From Alphaproteobacteria bacterium (GTDB taxonomy: Bacteria; Pseudomonadota; Alphaproteobacteria; Bin95), in NCBI GenBank assembly GCA_965215305.1, contig OZ244041.1, forward strand, positions 3,836,510-3,900,509: a DNA stretch of 64,000 nucleotides, given 5' to 3'. The notes under the pieces are model-generated. The model was given only the letters and a program-made list of their open reading frames with translations, ran no database searches and was not told where the DNA came from. Position 1 is the first letter of the stretch. Each line of letters begins with the position of its first letter. A program made the position numbers and the translations under genes. Below are positions 1 to 10,176 of the stretch, piece after piece.

Positions 1-26
1 TAGACTCACAATCTCTTCAGCCCTCG

Positions 27-48
27 CCCGCCGCCCGGCGGGATTTTC
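27..48 (+). terminator. GC-rich hairpin (CCCGCCG..CGGCGGG) followed by ATTTTC in the rho leader. It could be a terminator of an upstream gene or a leader attenuator.
   Basis: Inverted repeat plus T-tract read directly from bases ~25-50. There is no upstream gene inside the window. Confidence 0.3.
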
Positions 49-129
49 GGCCCCCTCCCCCTGCGTTCGAATCTTCCGCCTTTGCGGGCGAGTTGGCTTT
101 CAACATCAACGGATGGACGGTCCGAGGTC

Positions 130-1419
130 ATGCTCGACGATATCGCGGCGCCCGAGAAGGTCGCGCATCTTCAGGAAATAAAGGAAAAGTCGCCGGCCGA
201 ACTGCTGGCGCTTGCCGACGAGCTGGAGGTCGAGAACGCATCCACACTGCGCAAGCAGGACATGATGTTCGCGATCCTGAAGAGCCTGGCGGAAGACAAT
301 GTGGCCATTGTCGGCCGCGGGGTGCTGGAGGTGCTGGCGGACGGCTTCGGCTTCCTGCGCTCGCCGGAGGCCAATTACCTGCCCGGCCCCGACGACATCT
401 ATGTCTCGCCGCAATTGCTGCGCCGCTTCGGCCTGCGCACGGGCGACACGGTGGAAGGCGAGATACGCGCGCCCAAGTCAGGGGAGCGCTATTTCGCGCT
501 TACCAAGGTCACACAGGCCAATTTCGAAGAGACGGACGCCGTCCGCCACCGCATCAATTTCGACAATCTGACGCCGCTCTATCCCGAGCAGCGGCTTCAT
601 CTGGAGATCGACCGGCCCGAGACGAAGGACTACACCACCCGTGTCGTCGAACTGGTGGCGCCGCTCGGCAAGGGTCAGCGCGCGCTCATCGTCGCGCCGC
701 CGCGCACCGGCAAGACGATGATGCTGCAGAATGTGGCGCATGCGATCTCGCACAGCCATCCGGAAGTCTATCTCATCGTCCTCCTCATCGACGAGCGCCC
801 GGAGGAGGTGACGGACATGCAGCGCTCGGTGCGCGGCGAGGTCATTTCCTCCACCTTTGACGAACCGGCGACCCGCCATGTGCAGGTGACCGAGATGGTG
901 CTGGAGAAGGCCAAGCGCCTTGTCGAATACAAGCATGATGTCGTCATCCTGCTGGACTCGATCACCCGGCTTGCGCGTGCCTACAACACGGTGGTGCCGT
1001 CCTCCGGCAAGGTGCTGACCGGCGGCGTGGACGCCAATGCGCTCCAGCGGCCGAAGCGCTTTTTCGGCGCAGCGCGCAATATCGAGGAGGGCGGCTCGCT
1101 CTCGATCATTGCGACCGCGCTGGTCGAGACCGGCTCGCGGATGGACGAGGTGATCTTCGAGGAATTCAAGGGCACCGGCAATTCGGAGATCGTGCTCGAC
1201 CGCAAGCTCTCCGACCGCCGCGTCTGGCCGGCGATCGACATCGGCAAGTCCGGCACCCGCAAGGAGGAATTGCTGGTGGACCGGGGCGCACTCGCCAAGA
1301 TGTGGATGCTGCGCCGCGTGCTGATGCCGATGGGCACCCAGGATGCGATGGAGTTCCTGATCGGCAAGCTGCGCGACACCAAGAGCAACAACGATTTCTT
1401 CCAGGCGATGAACCAGTAG
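130..1419 (+). CDS. rho: Transcription termination factor Rho
   Basis: Full-length match to Rho across the protein. The N-terminal RNA-binding region reads [25 protein letters not shown]...FAILKSLAE. It has a Walker A (APPRTGKT) and the RecA-like ATPase core ([16 protein letters not shown]), and ends ...FFQAMNQ. The ATG at 130 (MLDDIA) is preferred to the ORF-track start at 82, by analogy with alphaproteobacterial Rho N-termini. Confidence 0.9.
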   Translation: MLDDIAAPEKVAHLQEIKEKSPAELLALADELEVENASTLRKQDMMFAILKSLAEDNVAIVGRGVLEVLADGFGFLRSPEANYLPGPDDIYVSPQLLRRFGLRTGDTVEGEIRAPKSGERYFALTKVTQANFEETDAVRHRINFDNLTPLYPEQRLHLEIDRPETKDYTTRVVELVAPLGKGQRALIVAPPRTGKTMMLQNVAHAISHSHPEVYLIVLLIDERPEEVTDMQRSVRGEVISSTFDEPATRHVQVTEMVLEKAKRLVEYKHDVVILLDSITRLARAYNTVVPSSGKVLTGGVDANALQRPKRFFGAARNIEEGGSLSIIATALVETGSRMDEVIFEEFKGTGNSEIVLDRKLSDRRVWPAIDIGKSGTRKEELLVDRGALAKMWMLRRVLMPMGTQDAMEFLIGKLRDTKSNNDFFQAMNQ

Positions 1420-1535
1420 CGCCGGGAGGCCGCGAAGGCCGCTGCTGGCTTCAAGAGCACCCCGCCGGGCGCCTCTTCCACGACCAGCCGCGTGCCGGCC
1501 TCCCGAAGCGGCGCCGGCGCGCCCGGCCGGCTTCC

Positions 1536-2168
1536 CTATATCTGGAAGGCCGGACGCGTCGATATCTTCTGGAACCAGGCATGGGTGGCGGGCCAGGAGG
1601 CGGCGATGTCCATCTCAAGCGCATAGGCCATGCGCAGCGTGAAGAAGGCTGTGATGTCAGCGATGGTGAACGCGGGTCCGGCGACGAATTCGTTCTTCGC
1701 CATATGCGGCTCGACGCGGCCGAAAAACACCGCCGCCATCTCCTTGCCCCGGCTGACCATGACCTCCGATTGCGGCAGGTCGGTGCGGGTGCCCGGCACG
1801 ACCTTGCCGGCGAAATTCGGCAGCCGGTTGCGCAGCGCGTGCAGCAGCGGCATGAAGCCGTCCAGCTCGAAACGGCGCCCCCACATATCGACGACGCCGC
1901 GCTCGGCCGCCCCGCGGCCGAACAGCGGCGGTTCCGGGTGCTGCTCCTCAAGATAGCGGCAGATCGAAACGGACTCCGCGATCACCGTGCCGTCATCCAG
2001 CACCAGGAACGGCACGCAATGGAAAGGGTTCATCGAGTTGAAGGGCTCCGCGAACTGGGCGTCCTCGCGGACATTCAGCTGCTCGGTCGCGATTTCCAGC
2101 CCCTTCTCGGCCAGATAAATCTGGACGCGCTGGGAACTCGGCGCCAGTGCAAAGTCGTAGAATTTCAT
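1536..2168 (-). CDS. Glutathione S-transferase family protein
   Basis: 210 aa starting MKFYDFALAPSSQRVQIYLAEKGL. It has the typical GST N-terminal thioredoxin-like fold and C-terminal helical domain (AGPAFTIADITAFF). The start was chosen inside the longer ORF-track frame 1536..2579. Confidence 0.8.
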   Translation of the reverse strand: MKFYDFALAPSSQRVQIYLAEKGLEIATEQLNVREDAQFAEPFNSMNPFHCVPFLVLDDGTVIAESVSICRYLEEQHPEPPLFGRGAAERGVVDMWGRRFELDGFMPLLHALRNRLPNFAGKVVPGTRTDLPQSEVMVSRGKEMAAVFFGRVEPHMAKNEFVAGPAFTIADITAFFTLRMAYALEMDIAASWPATHAWFQKISTRPAFQI

Positions 2169-2307
2169 GGGTCGCTTCCTTCCGCTCCCGTGTCTCTTGT
2201 CCGCGCGTTCTTCAAGGAAGACATATGGGCCAGAAGTCTCCCATAGCCTTTTGTGAGAATGTCCCGACCATTCTTCATATCGCCCGGACCCGTACTGGAG
2301 CCGATCG

Positions 2308-3255
2308 TCACTCCGCCGCCAAATCCTTCTGGTCGTCGGCATTGTAGTTGGCGTCGTACCACCAGGCGAGGTGGTCCTCATAGATGACGGGCGGCCAGCG
2401 GGGCGGGTCGCCCGGGCCCGTGCAGGTGGGCGCGCAGCGGATTTCGGCATCGAGATTCGGGCCGAAGAAATAGGGGATGGCGTAGCGGTGCCGGTCCACA
2501 GGCGGCTGGGCGCGGTGCGGCGTGGACTTGTAGCGCCCATTCGTCCAGCGGTGCAGCATGTCACCCGTATTGACGACAAAACTGTCCTCGACGAAGGGCA
2601 CGTCCTCCCAGCCGCCGCCCGCGCGCCGGATCTGCAGGCCCGGCACGCCGGACTGCGCGAGGAAGGTCATGAAATTGGTGTCCGTGTGCGGCGCGATGCC
2701 GTAACGGCCCGGTTCCCGCGCGGCCGGCGGGTAATGCGAGAGCCGGAAGGAGAACTGGCTGCGGGTGAAATGGGGGTCGAACCAGTCCTCCGGCAGGCCG
2801 AGCGAGAGCGAGAGCGCCGGCAGCAGACCCACCGCCAGCCGGTCAATCGTCTCGCAATAGTCCAGCACCGTCTTGCGGAAGCCCGGCAAGGCCTCCGGCC
2901 AGCGGTTCGGCCCGGCGAAGCGCCGACCGGCAAGCGGATCGTCGGCCCCGCGCTCGCGCTTGATGAAGAAGGCCTCGTTCATGTCGGGTTTGGCCTCGGC
3001 TTCGCTCACGCGCGAGGTACGCACATTGTAGCGGGCCATCGCCATATAGCCGTTATTGTGCTCATTCATCAGCACGGCGTGCTTGGCGGCCTGCGGCTGG
3101 GCGTGGAAGCGCTCGGCCTCGGCGAACATGGCCCGGATCTTCTCCTGCGGCACGCCGTGGTTGACGGCAATGAAGAAGCCCACATGCTCCAGCGCGCCGG
3201 CGAGCGCCTCCGCCACCTCTTCGCGGCTCCGGGACAGGTCGATCAACGGGATCAT
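2308..3255 (-). CDS. 2OG-Fe(II) oxygenase superfamily protein (isopenicillin-N-synthase-like non-haem iron dioxygenase)
   Basis: N-terminus MIPLIDLS... resembles the DIOX_N domain. HTDTNF...H(RA) gives an HxD...H facial-triad pattern. The C-terminal jelly-roll region is present. The ATG overlaps the stop of the upstream amidase by 4 nt. Confidence 0.75.
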   Translation of the reverse strand: MIPLIDLSRSREEVAEALAGALEHVGFFIAVNHGVPQEKIRAMFAEAERFHAQPQAAKHAVLMNEHNNGYMAMARYNVRTSRVSEAEAKPDMNEAFFIKRERGADDPLAGRRFAGPNRWPEALPGFRKTVLDYCETIDRLAVGLLPALSLSLGLPEDWFDPHFTRSQFSFRLSHYPPAAREPGRYGIAPHTDTNFMTFLAQSGVPGLQIRRAGGGWEDVPFVEDSFVVNTGDMLHRWTNGRYKSTPHRAQPPVDRHRYAIPYFFGPNLDAEIRCAPTCTGPGDPPRWPPVIYEDHLAWWYDANYNADDQKDLAAE

Positions 3256-4679
3256 GGCGTATTCCTCCCTCCGTTGCCCCCCTCATTCCAGCCGACAACG
3301 ACCGGCTCCACCGCCTCCAGCAGCCAGCGCGCGAAACCGGTCATGCGGGCATCCGCGCCGGGCGCGCCCATGACCTGCGCGCCAACCGGCAGGCCGCCCA
3401 CGCCCATGAGCGGCATGGAGACAGCCGGCGCGAACAGGACCGAGGAGGGCGTGTTGAACACCGCATCGCCCGTCGGCCTCGCCATGAGCGGCTGGCCCGG
3501 CCTGTCGCCTTCCCAGATATGCGCGGGGCCGGGACAACTGGGCATCAACGCACCGTCCACGAGTTCGAGCGCGCGGGCCCAGGCCGCCTGCGCCGCCTCA
3601 CGCCCGGCCAGTGCGGCGTGGTAGTCCGCCACGGTCATGGCCTCGGCGGCCTCGAGCGATTGGCGCGCGCGGACGCTGATCGCCTCCGGTCCCATATCGG
3701 CCAATGCGCGATGCAGCCAGCGGTTCTCCCAACCGATGATCGCATAGCAGATGGCGGAAGCCCCCGCGAGTTCCGCATCGAGCGCCGCCAGAGCCGGGTC
3801 GTCCGCCGGGCGCAGCAGCGCGACACCCGCCGCGTCCACGCCTTCCAACAGGCGGCCAAATGCTTCCTTCGCCGCCTCGTCGAGCAGGGGCCAGCCCGCA
3901 CCCTCGATGACAAGGAGGCGGCCAGGCTTTTCGGCCGGCGGTGGGTCCGCCGGCCCGGCGAGGCCCCTGCGGCCGGGGTCGCCGCCGGCGCGCCTCGCGA
4001 TCTCGGCCGCCACGAGCCACATGTCTTCCACGGCATTGGCGTGGACGCCGTGGACGCTCTGGCTGCTCGTCTGTCGTTCGCCGCGGTTGATGGCGCCCTT
4101 GCTCGGCTTGAGCGCGACATTGCCGCAATAGCCCGCCGGGCGGATGATCGAGCCGCCCACCTGGCTGCCGATGGCGGCCGGCAGCATGCCCGCAGCCACG
4201 GCCGCCGCCGAGCCGGATGAGGAGCCGCCCGGCGTGCGTGCCGGGTCGAAGGGGTTGGTCGTCGGCCCCGGATGCGCGCCGCCGAGCTCCGAGGTCACGG
4301 TCTTGGCGAGGATGAGCGCGCCGGCCTCGCGCAGCGCAGCCACCGCCGCATTGTCGCGCTTCGGGAAATTGCCCCGATAGGCCCGGCAGCCCATCTCCGT
4401 CGGCATGGTCCGCGTTTCCAGCAGATCCTTGACGCCGACCGGCATGCCGTCCACGGGCGAAAGCGCCCGGCCCGCACGCCAGCGTTTCGCACTCGCATCG
4501 GCCGCCTCGCGCGCGCCCTCGATATCGGTCGCAACCAGAGCCTGAAGGACCGGCTCCCGCGCCTCGATGACCTCGAGGCAGCGCTCCAGATAGGCGCGCG
4601 GCGAATCCCCGCCGTCGCGGAAGGCCGGAAGCGCGTCATGGAAGGTCAGCCCGCGGAAGGTTCTTGGATCATATCGCAT
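3252..4679 (-). CDS. Amidase (amidase-signature family)
   Basis: Has the [14 protein letters not shown] signature and the Ser-cisSer-Lys region ([14 protein letters not shown]). 475 aa. It is translationally coupled to the downstream oxygenase. Confidence 0.85.
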   Translation of the reverse strand: MRYDPRTFRGLTFHDALPAFRDGGDSPRAYLERCLEVIEAREPVLQALVATDIEGAREAADASAKRWRAGRALSPVDGMPVGVKDLLETRTMPTEMGCRAYRGNFPKRDNAAVAALREAGALILAKTVTSELGGAHPGPTTNPFDPARTPGGSSSGSAAAVAAGMLPAAIGSQVGGSIIRPAGYCGNVALKPSKGAINRGERQTSSQSVHGVHANAVEDMWLVAAEIARRAGGDPGRRGLAGPADPPPAEKPGRLLVIEGAGWPLLDEAAKEAFGRLLEGVDAAGVALLRPADDPALAALDAELAGASAICYAIIGWENRWLHRALADMGPEAISVRARQSLEAAEAMTVADYHAALAGREAAQAAWARALELVDGALMPSCPGPAHIWEGDRPGQPLMARPTGDAVFNTPSSVLFAPAVSMPLMGVGGLPVGAQVMGAPGADARMTGFARWLLEAVEPVVVGWNEGGNGGRNTP

Positions 4680-4724
4680 AGCGGGAGCCTAGCACGTCGG
4701 CAGCATCTTCTTGCGCAAGAGTCG

Positions 4725-5093
4725 TCACGAAGACAGCGCCAGCGGAACAACCTTCGATTCTGCGACGATTCGGTCGCGGGTGAGCAGGGGGACATGATGA
4801 ACGACACTGGTTGCTGCGATGATCTCGTCCGCCGGGTCAGCCCGGAAGTCGAGGCGGACCGAAGCCCTGGTGACATCGATATCGACAGGCCAGATGTGCA
4901 ACGCCGCCAGCGCCCGCGCGACTTCACGATCGTCGAGGTCCATCTCCAGCCGCCCAAGCTGGATCAGCTTTGCAAGCTCCCACAGCACGATGGCCGATAT
5001 CGACCAGCTGTCCCGCGCCAGCAACGCGCGCTCGGCTGGTCGAAGCCCGCCGGTAAGGGCGAAAACGAGGATGTGGGTGTCAAGATTCAGCAA
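4725..5093 (-). CDS. PIN-domain toxin (VapC-like) of a type II TA module
   Basis: 122 aa. Starts MLNLDTHILVFAL... with PIN-like acidic residues. It overlaps the upstream small antitoxin gene by 14 nt. Confidence 0.65.
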   Translation of the reverse strand: MLNLDTHILVFALTGGLRPAERALLARDSWSISAIVLWELAKLIQLGRLEMDLDDREVARALAALHIWPVDIDVTRASVRLDFRADPADEIIAATSVVHHVPLLTRDRIVAESKVVPLALSS

Positions 5094-5304
5094 CGGCGTC
5101 CCATTCGATTCCCGTGCCGAGGATATCGCCCCGGATCCTCACCTTGTGGCTGAGACTGCCGATAAGTTCGGCATGCCGCCGCTCGTAGGGAAACAGGCGC
5201 GCGACCGGCCGTCCGCGCTTGGTGATGACCAGGCCGTCATCGCCCAAATCGTCCAGCAAGGCCAGACACTGCTCCTTGAACTTGGCCGCGCCGATTGTCT
5301 TCAT
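5080..5304 (-). CDS. Phd/YefM-type (prevent-host-death family) antitoxin
   Basis: 74 aa. MKTIGAAKFKEQCLALLDDL...GLVITKRGRPVARL matches the antitoxin N-terminal fold consensus. It sits directly upstream of the PIN toxin and overlaps it. Confidence 0.6.
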   Translation of the reverse strand: MKTIGAAKFKEQCLALLDDLGDDGLVITKRGRPVARLFPYERRHAELIGSLSHKVRIRGDILGTGIEWDAVAES

Positions 5305-5420
5305 CGTTCCGCCCCGGGTGAAGTGTCCATATTGTATGCTGGCCCCCTGTATCGGGGAGGACTATGCCGCTAGCTTGCATCCGGCCCTGTGTGGGCAATT
5401 CCGCCGATAGAGGATGACCG

Positions 5421-6593
5421 ATGCTGCGGTTCGGGACGGCCTGCCTTGCGCTTCTTCTGGCCCCGCTTGCGGCGGCGGCGGAGGGAAAGGAGCTGAAGCC
5501 GAAACTCGGGGATATCGGCGGGATCTCCTTTGCGGCACTGCCGGAGAGTCGCGAGACCTGTCACGTCGCCGTCGAGAGCCGGATTGCGCTCTGCCGCCGG
5601 AACACCAGCTTCGACGGCGATGGCGAGAACCGGGACCACGCCCGCTGCCTGCCGGTGTTCGAATGGCAAGCCGAGAGTTGCGCCCGGCATTTCCAGCGCC
5701 AGGCCGGCAAGTGCGACGGCATGGGTCCGGCGCACATCGACGGCTTCGCACGCTTCGGCTGCACCGTGGCGGCGGCCGGGGAGGACAATGGTGCGCCCGC
5801 CGTCGCGCCGGCCGACCGGGCAATGCAGGTGCGGGCGCGGGCCGATATCCGCAGCGGGCCCGGAACCGGCCATGCCAGGACCGGGGCGCTGGATGCGGGC
5901 CTGGAAGTGCGGGTGACAGGCATGGCCGGAGCGTGGCTCCGGGTCGAGGCGCCGGAGGGCCGCGAGGGCTTCGTCCACGGCTCGCTGCTCGTTCCGCGCG
6001 CTGCGCAGGAACGCGACCCGGCCGCCGGCCTCACGCCGGCATGCGCGGGCATGGACCGGGGTGCGGCCTGCTGGCAGCAGCTCGCCAACCCGCCGGGCTG
6101 CCGCTTCTGGTACGACTACCATGATCCGGGGGTAAGCTGGGCCTGGTCGGGCGCCTGCCGGAACGGCGTCGCCGACGGGCCGGGCGTGCTGGCGGCGACA
6201 GCGGGCGGCGGGCTGGCCGAACTCATAGGCGCATTCGGCGGCGGCAGGATGCAGGGCCTGTGGATTGTCCGCTATGCCGACGGCAGAATCGACCGGGGAC
6301 CCTATGTGGACGGCAGGAAGCACGGCCGATGGGTGGATCGCTACGCCAATGGCCGGGTGGACGAAGGCTCCTATGCCAATGGCCGCAAGCACGGGCGGTG
6401 GGTGGACCGCTACGCGAGCGGCAACCGCTTCGAATACGAGTACCGCAACGGCTCTGTGGACGGGCAGCCGGGCGTCTATGTCACCGGGAGCGGCGATCGC
6501 CATCCGGGGCGCTGGTCCGGCAATTGCTTCCTGGACGGCGAGGGCCGCCTGCTGGTCAGGCGCGGCGACAGTGAGGCCTGCCCGCCCGGATAA
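5421..6593 (+). CDS. Secreted protein with a Cys-rich N-terminal region, a bacterial SH3 (SH3b) domain and C-terminal MORN repeats
   Basis: Signal peptide MLRFGTACLALLLAPLAAAAEG. SH3b-like segment VRARADIRSGPGTGHARTGALDAGLEVRVTGMAGAWLRVEAPEGREGFVHGSLL. Tandem MORN units YADGRIDRGPYVDGRKHGRWVDRYANGRVDEGSYANGRKHGRWVDRYASGNRFEYEYRNG. Confidence 0.6.
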   Translation: MLRFGTACLALLLAPLAAAAEGKELKPKLGDIGGISFAALPESRETCHVAVESRIALCRRNTSFDGDGENRDHARCLPVFEWQAESCARHFQRQAGKCDGMGPAHIDGFARFGCTVAAAGEDNGAPAVAPADRAMQVRARADIRSGPGTGHARTGALDAGLEVRVTGMAGAWLRVEAPEGREGFVHGSLLVPRAAQERDPAAGLTPACAGMDRGAACWQQLANPPGCRFWYDYHDPGVSWAWSGACRNGVADGPGVLAATAGGGLAELIGAFGGGRMQGLWIVRYADGRIDRGPYVDGRKHGRWVDRYANGRVDEGSYANGRKHGRWVDRYASGNRFEYEYRNGSVDGQPGVYVTGSGDRHPGRWSGNCFLDGEGRLLVRRGDSEACPPG

Positions 6594-6683
6594 CGGGATA
6601 TGGCCCTTGCAGGCGATGGTCCCGCCTTGATCGGCCAGGGCGGAAATGTCATGCCTTTCGGCGGCGGAACGAGCGGAGCCAGT

Positions 6684-7994
6684 ATGCCGGACTATCTGAA
6701 GCGGGGCCGGACGGCGGCCGAGCGCGCGGAGGCGGACGCCAGGGTGCGCGCCGCCGTCGAGGCGATTCTGGAGGATATCAGCGCACGGGGCGACGAGGCG
6801 GTGCGCGCCCTCTCGGAGAAATTCGACAACTGGTCGCCGGAGAGCTTCAGCCTCTCGGAGCAGGAGATCGAGCAGGCGCTTTCCCGGGTGGCGAAGCGCG
6901 ACCTCGATGACATCCGCTTCGCGCAGGCCCAGGTGCGCGGTTTCGCGGAGCATCAGCGCGCCGCACTCCGGGACATCGAGGTCGAGACGCTGCCGGGCGT
7001 GGTGCTGGGGCACCGCAACATCCCGGTGAACTCGGTCGGCTGCTATGCGCCCGGTGGCAAATATCCCATCGTCGCGTCGGTGCATATGAGCGTCGTGACC
7101 GCCAAGGCCGCCGGCGTGCCACGTATCGTGGCGGCGGCCCCTCCCGCGCAGGGCGGCGGCCCGCACCCGGCCATGGTCGCCGCCATGCATATGGGCGGGG
7201 CGGACGAAATCCTGGTGCTGGGCGGCGTGCAGGCCGTGGGCGCGATGGCGCTCGGCACGGAGACGATCGCGCCAGTCGATATGCTGGTCGGCCCTGGCAA
7301 TGCCTTCGTAGCCGAGGCGAAGCGCCAGCTTTTCGGGCGGGTCGGCATCGACCTGCTGGCGGGCCCGACCGAGACCTTGCTCATCGCCGACGACACGGTG
7401 GACGCCGAGCTTTGCGCGACCGACCTCCTGGGCCAGGCCGAGCACGGGCCGGACAGCCCCGCCATACTGGTGACGAATTCGCGCGCGCTCGCCGAAGCCA
7501 CCATCGCCGAGGTCGAACGGTTGCTGGCGATCCTGCCGACCGCCGCCAATGCGGGCGCCGCCTGGCGGGATTACGGCGAGGTCATCCTTTGCGCGGATCA
7601 CGACGAAATGCTGGCAGAGGCGGAGCGCATTGCGTCCGAGCATGTGCAGGTGATGACCGACCGCGACGAGTGGTATCTGGAGAACATGACCTGCTACGGC
7701 GCGCTCTTCCTCGGGGCCCGCACCAATGTCTCCTACGGCGACAAGGTGATCGGCACCAACCACACCCTGCCGACTCGCCGCGCAGCGCGCTATACGGGCG
7801 GCCTCTGGGTCGGCAAGTTCATCAAGACGCACACCTACCAGCGTATCCTGACCGACGAGGCTTCGGTCCGGCTCGGCGAGGTCTGCTCGCGACTCTGCAT
7901 GCTGGAGGGTTTCGTCGGCCATGCCGAACAGGCGAATATCCGCGTCCGCCGTCTCGGCGGCCGCAACATCCCCTATGGCGCGGCGGCGGAATGA
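6684..7994 (+). CDS. Histidinol-dehydrogenase-family (HisD-like) NAD-dependent four-electron alcohol dehydrogenase paralog
   Basis: HisD-family core motifs are present: [32 protein letters not shown]. The MPDYLK start at 6684 has GGAG 6 nt upstream. The 6651 and 6600 starts are also possible. Its catabolic context suggests it is not the biosynthetic hisD. Confidence 0.75.
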   Translation: MPDYLKRGRTAAERAEADARVRAAVEAILEDISARGDEAVRALSEKFDNWSPESFSLSEQEIEQALSRVAKRDLDDIRFAQAQVRGFAEHQRAALRDIEVETLPGVVLGHRNIPVNSVGCYAPGGKYPIVASVHMSVVTAKAAGVPRIVAAAPPAQGGGPHPAMVAAMHMGGADEILVLGGVQAVGAMALGTETIAPVDMLVGPGNAFVAEAKRQLFGRVGIDLLAGPTETLLIADDTVDAELCATDLLGQAEHGPDSPAILVTNSRALAEATIAEVERLLAILPTAANAGAAWRDYGEVILCADHDEMLAEAERIASEHVQVMTDRDEWYLENMTCYGALFLGARTNVSYGDKVIGTNHTLPTRRAARYTGGLWVGKFIKTHTYQRILTDEASVRLGEVCSRLCMLEGFVGHAEQANIRVRRLGGRNIPYGAAAE

Positions 7995-9061
7995 CGGCCC
8001 TGCCTACCGGCGCGATCGATTGCGACCTGCATCCGGCGCCGCCGTCGGTCTCGGCGCTGATGCCTTATCTGGAGCCGCACTGGGCGGATGCGGCGGGGCA
8101 TCGGGGGCTGCACGAGCTGGAAACCATCGCCTGGCCGCCGAATGCGCCGCTCTCCTGCCGGCCGGACTGGCGGGACGGGGAGGCGAAGCCCGGCAGCAAT
8201 CCCGAACGCCTTGTTCGGGACGCGGTTGACGGGTTCGGCACGCGCTATGCCATCCTCAACTGCCTCTACGGCGCGCCCATGATCTACTCCGAGGACATGG
8301 CGGCCGGCTTCGCCCGCGCGCTGAACGACTGGCTGAAGGCCGAGTGGCTGGACCGCGACCCGCGCCTGCGCGCCTCCATCCTCGTGCCGCCCCACGCCCC
8401 GGACCTCGCAGCGGAAGAGATCGAGCGGGCCGGGGAAGACCGGCGGTTCGTGCAGGTGCTGCTGCCGGTCATGGGCGAGACGCCGCCCGGCCGGCGCGTC
8501 AACTGGCCGATCTACGCCGCGGCCGAGCGGGCGGGCCTGCCGATCGCCTTCCATGCCGGCTCCGCCTACCGGCATCCGCCAACGCCGGTCGGCTGGCCCT
8601 CCTATCTCGCCGAGGACTATGCCGCCCAGGCGACCGCCTTCCAGACGGCACTCACCAGTCTCATCGCCGAGGGCGTGTTCCGGAAGTTCCCGGCGCTTAC
8701 CGTCGTCTTCGCGGAATCGGGCGTCGCCTGGCTGCCCGCGCATCTCTGGCGGTTGACGAAATACTGGCGCGGGCTGCGCATGGAGATCCCCTGGGTGGAC
8801 CGCAGCCCGGAGGAAATCGTACGCGAGCATGTCCGTTTCACCGTCCAGCCCTTCGATACACCGGAGGAGCCGGAAGCGCTTGCCCACCTGCTCGATCATC
8901 TGGGCTCGGACGAGCTGCTGCTGTTCGCCACCGACTACCCCCACTGGCAGTTCGACGGCATGGGCGCGCTGCCGGAAGGCTTGCCAGCGGATCTGGTTCA
9001 GCGTATCGCTGTGGACAATCCGCTTGCCACCTATCCGCGCCTCGGGGAGGGAGAGCCATGA
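7991..9061 (+). CDS. Amidohydrolase-2 (PF04909-type TIM-barrel metal-dependent hydrolase/decarboxylase) family protein, paralog 1
   Basis: N-terminal metal-ligand motif IDCDLHP. C-terminal [10 protein letters not shown]. 356 aa. The ATG overlaps the HisD-like stop as ATGA. Confidence 0.75.
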   Translation: MTALPTGAIDCDLHPAPPSVSALMPYLEPHWADAAGHRGLHELETIAWPPNAPLSCRPDWRDGEAKPGSNPERLVRDAVDGFGTRYAILNCLYGAPMIYSEDMAAGFARALNDWLKAEWLDRDPRLRASILVPPHAPDLAAEEIERAGEDRRFVQVLLPVMGETPPGRRVNWPIYAAAERAGLPIAFHAGSAYRHPPTPVGWPSYLAEDYAAQATAFQTALTSLIAEGVFRKFPALTVVFAESGVAWLPAHLWRLTKYWRGLRMEIPWVDRSPEEIVREHVRFTVQPFDTPEEPEALAHLLDHLGSDELLLFATDYPHWQFDGMGALPEGLPADLVQRIAVDNPLATYPRLGEGEP

Positions 9062-10176
9062 CGGTAAAGGTTCTGGACCGCCCGTCGGAGGAGATGCCGG
9101 CCGAAGCCGCACTCCGCATCGCCGATTGCGACATCCATCCGAGCCCGAAATCGCTTGAGCGCGAGATCTACCCCTTTCTGGAGAAACGCTGGCAGCGCCA
9201 TATGGAGCGCTATGGCGCGCGTCCCCGCCAGCCTTTCCTGAACGGTCCGGCCTATCCGAAAGGCCAGCCGGACGCCGCCAGGCGCGACGCCTATCCGCCC
9301 GCGGGCGGTCGGCCCGGCAGCGACCTCGCCTTCATGCGCGAACAGCATCTTGACCCGAACAATGTCGGCTTCGGCGTGCTGAATCCGCTCAAATCCGGCC
9401 AGGGCCTCCAGAATCTCGATTTTGCGGATGCCTATTGCCGCGCGATCAACGACTGGCAGCTCGCCTTCTGGACCCGCGAGGAGCCGCGCCTCAAGGCGTC
9501 CATCGTCATCCCCTATGAGGATGCGGCGGCGTCGGTTGCTGAGATCGAGCGCTGCGCCGGCGAGGAGGATTACGTCCAGGTCTTCATGCTGAACCGGACG
9601 GCCGAGCCGATGGGCCAGCGCCGCTACTGGCCGATCTACGACGCCACGGCCGCGGCCGGCCTGCCGCTCGCGGTCCACGCCTTCGGCTTCGGCGGCGCGC
9701 CGATCACCAGCGGCGGCTGGCCCTCCTACTATATCGAGGACATGACCGGCCATGCCCAGGCGAGCCAGGCGCTGCTCGCCAGCATGATCTTCGAGGGTGT
9801 ATTCGACCGGCTGCCGACTCTCAAGATCGTGCTGATCGAGAGCGGCTTCGGCTGGCTGCCGGCGCTTTGCTGGCGGCTTGACCGGGTGTGGATGCGGATG
9901 CGGGACGAACTGCACCGCTGCAAGCGTCGGCCGAGCGAGATCGTTCGCGAGCAGGTCTTCCTCACCACGCAGCCGATGGAGGAGCCGAGCCGCCCGCGTC
10001 AGCTCGTCGAATGCATCGAATGGATCGGCTGGGACAAGCTGCTGTTCGCGACCGACTATCCGCATTGGGACTTCGACCAGCCGGACCGGGTGCTTCCCTC
10101 CTGGGTGGGCGCCGAAAAGCGCCGGGCTTTCTTCCGGGACAACGCGCTCGGGGTTTACGGCCGGCAAATGCCGTGA
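9058..10176 (+). CDS. Amidohydrolase-2 family protein, paralog 2
   Basis: IADCDIHPSP ... ATDYPHWDFD, paralogous to the upstream gene. 372 aa. ATGA overlap with the upstream stop. Confidence 0.75.
   Translation: MTVKVLDRPSEEMPAEAALRIADCDIHPSPKSLEREIYPFLEKRWQRHMERYGARPRQPFLNGPAYPKGQPDAARRDAYPPAGGRPGSDLAFMREQHLDPNNVGFGVLNPLKSGQGLQNLDFADAYCRAINDWQLAFWTREEPRLKASIVIPYEDAAASVAEIERCAGEEDYVQVFMLNRTAEPMGQRRYWPIYDATAAAGLPLAVHAFGFGGAPITSGGWPSYYIEDMTGHAQASQALLASMIFEGVFDRLPTLKIVLIESGFGWLPALCWRLDRVWMRMRDELHRCKRRPSEIVREQVFLTTQPMEEPSRPRQLVECIEWIGWDKLLFATDYPHWDFDQPDRVLPSWVGAEKRRAFFRDNALGVYGRQMP

Noticed and set aside
6290-6430. Approximately 69-bp DNA-level repeats
   Set aside because: These are explained by tandem MORN protein repeats inside the secreted SH3b/MORN gene. 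The units are diverged at DNA level, so they are not a recent duplication or mobile repeat.
5370-7922. 850-aa minus-strand ORF spanning the SH3b/MORN and HisD-like genes
   Set aside because: It is antisense to two genes with clear domain content. Its translation is a low-complexity R/A/G/P-rich string typical of GC-rich antisense frames with rare stop codons.
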